A stretch of 64,000 nucleotides of DNA, from positions 1,922,001 through 1,986,000 of the forward strand of contig CM035362.1 of the NCBI GenBank assembly GCA_020137815.1, read 5' to 3'. Shown here in pieces: positions 61,401 to 64,000 of the stretch; position 1 is the stretch's first letter, and each line of letters starts with the position of its first letter. Under the pieces are notes generated by a model. The model saw nothing but the letters and a program-made list of their open reading frames with translations. It had not been told where the DNA came from and did not search any database. A program made the translations under genes and the position numbers. Origin of the DNA: Hormiphora californensis. Lineage: Eukaryota > Animalia > Ctenophora.

Positions 61401-62079
61401 AATGAGATGCCATTTCCAGACCAAATTGACAAGAGTAACAATCGAGAAACGTATTACAAGTGGCAGGTGTAGAATCAAGAAAATCAAGTTACGGTTCTCC
61501 TAGTTGGCAGATTTCAACAATTTGCCCAAATCTAACCATAAATCGGATATACACGAAAACTTGGTTCTTGGTAGAAAAATGACCATTGTAACGATTGGCA
61601 CTAGTTTCAAATTCCTATCTCAACGTTTTCAATGGTTTAGGGGCCAAAAACCTCCAAAAAATGGTAAAAAATCAACTTTTGACCATTTTACAGTCATTTT
61701 AGAGATTCGACTTCAACGGCAATCGATTCTACGTGCAAAAATAGGTAGGGGTGACATATTTCGTGTGCTAAGTCATTATGGATTTTTCGGGACCACGTTT
61801 AATATAGCCAATTTTGACCCAAATCAAATAAAAGTAAAAAAAAAGATTTTAGGGAATGGATTTTTTTATCCCGCACCGTAGCGCCATTCTGTAGACCCTC
61901 AGCTACCACGTACAAGTGGTGGTTTCCCGTTGCATGCTAGGTCGTGTTAAAATTTCACCAGGCACGCCGTGACTAATACAATGGTTACTAATTATCAGTA
62001 AGTGGTAACTATTTCTTTGTTTTAGGTGGTTGGTATCAGTCTAGCATATGTTCTGACCAGAGTCATTCACGTTATATGA
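53766..62079 (+). CDS. Tetraspanin, 8 exons, ~242 aa
   Basis: Exons 53766-53864, 53953-54088, 54249-54301, 54616-54690, 54808-54897, 55058-55195, 55510-55593 and 62026-62079 join in frame. Four TM segments; the large extracellular loop has SCCG..SYKDW, IPGSCC and a final GC. Confidence 0.9.
56153..59114. mobile_element. Second palindromic CAC..GTG element, inserted in the outer element's left arm
   Basis: Termini CACGGTGTCCCTTA / TAAGGGACACCGTG; TSD TCCG (56149-56152, 59115-59118). The empty site is preserved in the opposite arm near 61545. Centre at ~56830-56960. Confidence 0.85.
57631..59100. mobile_element. Third palindromic CAC..GTG element, inserted in the second element's right TIR
   Basis: Termini CACGGTGCCCCTTAAGGACG / CGTCCTTAAGGGGCACCGTG; TSD TAAG (57627-57630, 59101-59104). 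Near-perfect 1470-bp palindrome centred at ~58365. Confidence 0.9.
59550..61475 (-). mobile_element. Non-coding retroposon fragment with (ACC)n tail and ~430-460-bp internal tandem repeats
   Basis: Flanked by the 14-bp TSD CAAGAAAATCAAGT (59536-59549, 61476-61489), with (GGT)n at the left end. The unit marker GAGAATAGAGAAGAGTGCTAAGTGTGAGAT recurs at ~60352, 60813 and 61240. Confidence 0.75.
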
Positions 62080-62673
62080 GACGAACCTGATTGTGAATGA
62101 CGGTTGTACAGAAAGAAACTTGTAGACGCAGTGTATAATGAACTTTACATCAAAAAAGTAACGATAGAAAGACAGATTTAGTAAGTTCAAAGTTTACTAA
62201 TCATTTGTTGACCCGGTGGCTAGAAACTATTTGATTTTGTTGTGTTTTTGAGAATTTAGAACAGTGTATAATATTTTGGTAATTGTATATTTTACATTTT
62301 TGTGTACATGTGCAGTTGCTATACGAAACTTCTATTGTTGTCCAACACAATGTCCAAATTTCCTGTTCAACATTTCCCACTTTGCTATTTTCCCTCTTTT
62401 CTTTTTTTCCCATTGGACGATCTAGCACCGTTTTTGTGACGTCCAACTAGTTTCTTCTCTCTTTCCAGCACCTAATCCGCCATCGTATCCCCTTAAATAA
62501 TATAATATTCCACCTTTGTATCCATGATCCCTCCTACGTAGAGCTTGTTGTATTGATCAAACTCTACACAAAACTGTCCAAACAAGTGCTAGTACATTCT
62601 TTTCCAATCCCCCCCCCCATTTACCTCGATCTACCCCCAAACTCCCTCCACGCCCCTCCTACCCTAGCACATA

Positions 62674-63594
62674 ATGTCGTACAATAATGCGGACCAGCCT
62701 AGCGCCCCTCCACCCCGGACTGTATCCCTATTGGACACGAGCATGCAGCCGCCAAACAAGCCCTTACCCCAGCTACCCGCCAAGTCGAAGGAGAGCAAGT
62801 TTTTTACCATCCTCAAGTTGGGCTCATCATCAGGTAACATATTTTTAATTGATTGATTACATAATTGGTTAGTTGATTAATCAATTACTAATCAATTAAA
62901 TTGTATTATCAATCAGAGCAGTTATAATCAGTTTCATATCTCTGTGCATTTGGCTGCGTGTGTCTACTTGTAACCCCAGCTCCCATAACCCAGGCACGTC
63001 TGCAAGGGGAAAGATAGACATCAGCAATCCACAGGATTTCCTACACACTGTCCACGTGGGATTTGATCCTAATTCTGGGGAGTTCACGGTAATTTACAAT
63101 TACTGACATGACGTCACAGGCACAGCTCTGATGTCACAAAATTAGCTGTGACGTCTTCGTTATATTAATGGTATGAAAATTAATTGTATTTTTCCAGAAT
63201 TTACCAAAAGAGTGGGAGACGATGTTGCGCTGTGCTAATATTACAAAAGAGGAGACTAAGAAGAATCCGAAGGTACGTTACTCTCTCATGTTAGGGCTTT
63301 TTGTAAGTAAAGGTAAATCGGGGTCCCGGTATATTGATTGTAGACTCTTAGTGTATAGTAGGGTCATTTCTCAGATAAAAGCACGGATTGTCTGTTTCCT
63401 CTTCTGGATACTGGACACTTTTTTGAAGTTCAGAGATGCCCATATTTGGTGTTTTAGTGACGTCACGATGACGTCATCATCTCTAGACTTAAATGTAAAT
63501 AGTTTCGTGTGAGGTTAAAACTGTGTGTAATCTTAGTGATGACAGTTGTTTCAGGTGAAGAACAATTACGATACTCTATTTTTTATCTCACTAT

Positions 63595-63635
<41 letters not shown>

Positions 63636-63647
63636 TCTCTCTCCCCA

Positions 63648-63679
<32 letters not shown>

Positions 63680-64000
63680 TTGCTCTCCCCATCTCTCCAT
63701 ATATATCCCCCTAACCTTATTAGTATATTTCCGCCCATAATATAACGTCATCTACTGACTGATATGTGAGTATTTTAAGAAGGGGGCTCCAAATTTGGAA
63801 ATATTATAGGGAGGGAGAATGGAGATCATATACAGGGTGCTCCAGAAATATTTGACCCCTTCGGAAATACAATATGAACATAGCTCAACACATATAACAC
63901 CCTTTATTATTGTTCAGTACGGTGCTAACACCCTTTACTCAGGCGGTCCTAGATGTCCTGACATTCCACACTGATAAAGACAAGGAAACTAAATATATGC
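62674..64000 (+). CDS. PAK1: Group I p21-activated kinase, N-terminal exons (runs off the window)
   Basis: Exons 62674-62833, 62994-63088, 63198-63272 and 63943-end. Motifs PSAPPPR and KPLPQLP, CRIB ISNPQDFLHTVHVGFDPNSGEFT, and autoinhibitory NLPKEW..ML..ANITKEE.KKNPKAVLDVL. Orthology is to PAK1/2/3 collectively. Confidence 0.92.

Larger units (their letters stand above)
55725..61971. mobile_element. Outer palindromic CAC..GTG element (Chapaev-like, non-autonomous)
   Basis: Termini CACGGCGTGCCTGGTGAAA / TTTCACCAGGCACGCCGTG; 4-bp TSD ACTA (55721-55724, 61972-61975). Palindrome centre at ~59355; ~1.34 kb after removing inserts. Confidence 0.85.

Noticed and set aside
55815-61881. Paired ORFs 55815-56135 and 61504-61881 as a transposase
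   Set aside because: They are mirror translations of palindrome arms with no DDE or zinc-finger motifs.

Overview
Intron-rich animal genomic DNA. It is probably a ctenophore such as Pleurobrachia, inferred from compact introns, a nested gene, 3' acceptors directly before start codons and a recalled MITE family; this is not verified. Several tracts look like unpolished long-read sequence. By hand-splicing GT-AG exons I reconstruct: a rhodopsin-class GPCR (-), MOB1 (-), intronless TP53RK/Bud32 (-), a Ser/Pro-rich gene possibly ending in a PIP box (+), a papain/C39-like protein (-), SAS-6 (-) with a secreted repeat glycoprotein gene nested antisense in one intron, a tetraspanin (+) and the 5' part of a group I PAK kinase (+). 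Mobile DNA includes an L2/CR1 LINE 3' fragment, a CRE-like RLE retrotransposon fragment, non-autonomous Helitrons, and hAT, Tc1/mariner and pogo-like MITEs. The last tetraspanin intron holds a four-layer nest: three ~1.3-1.5 kb fully palindromic CAC..GTG elements with 4-bp TSDs plus a retroposon. The best leads are the candidate SL-trans-spliced TP53RK-MOB1 operon, the nested secreted gene with an unrecognised tandem domain and a possible amidated C-terminal peptide, and the self-nesting foldback transposons. A ~5 kb tandem duplication is most likely an uncollapsed haplotype.
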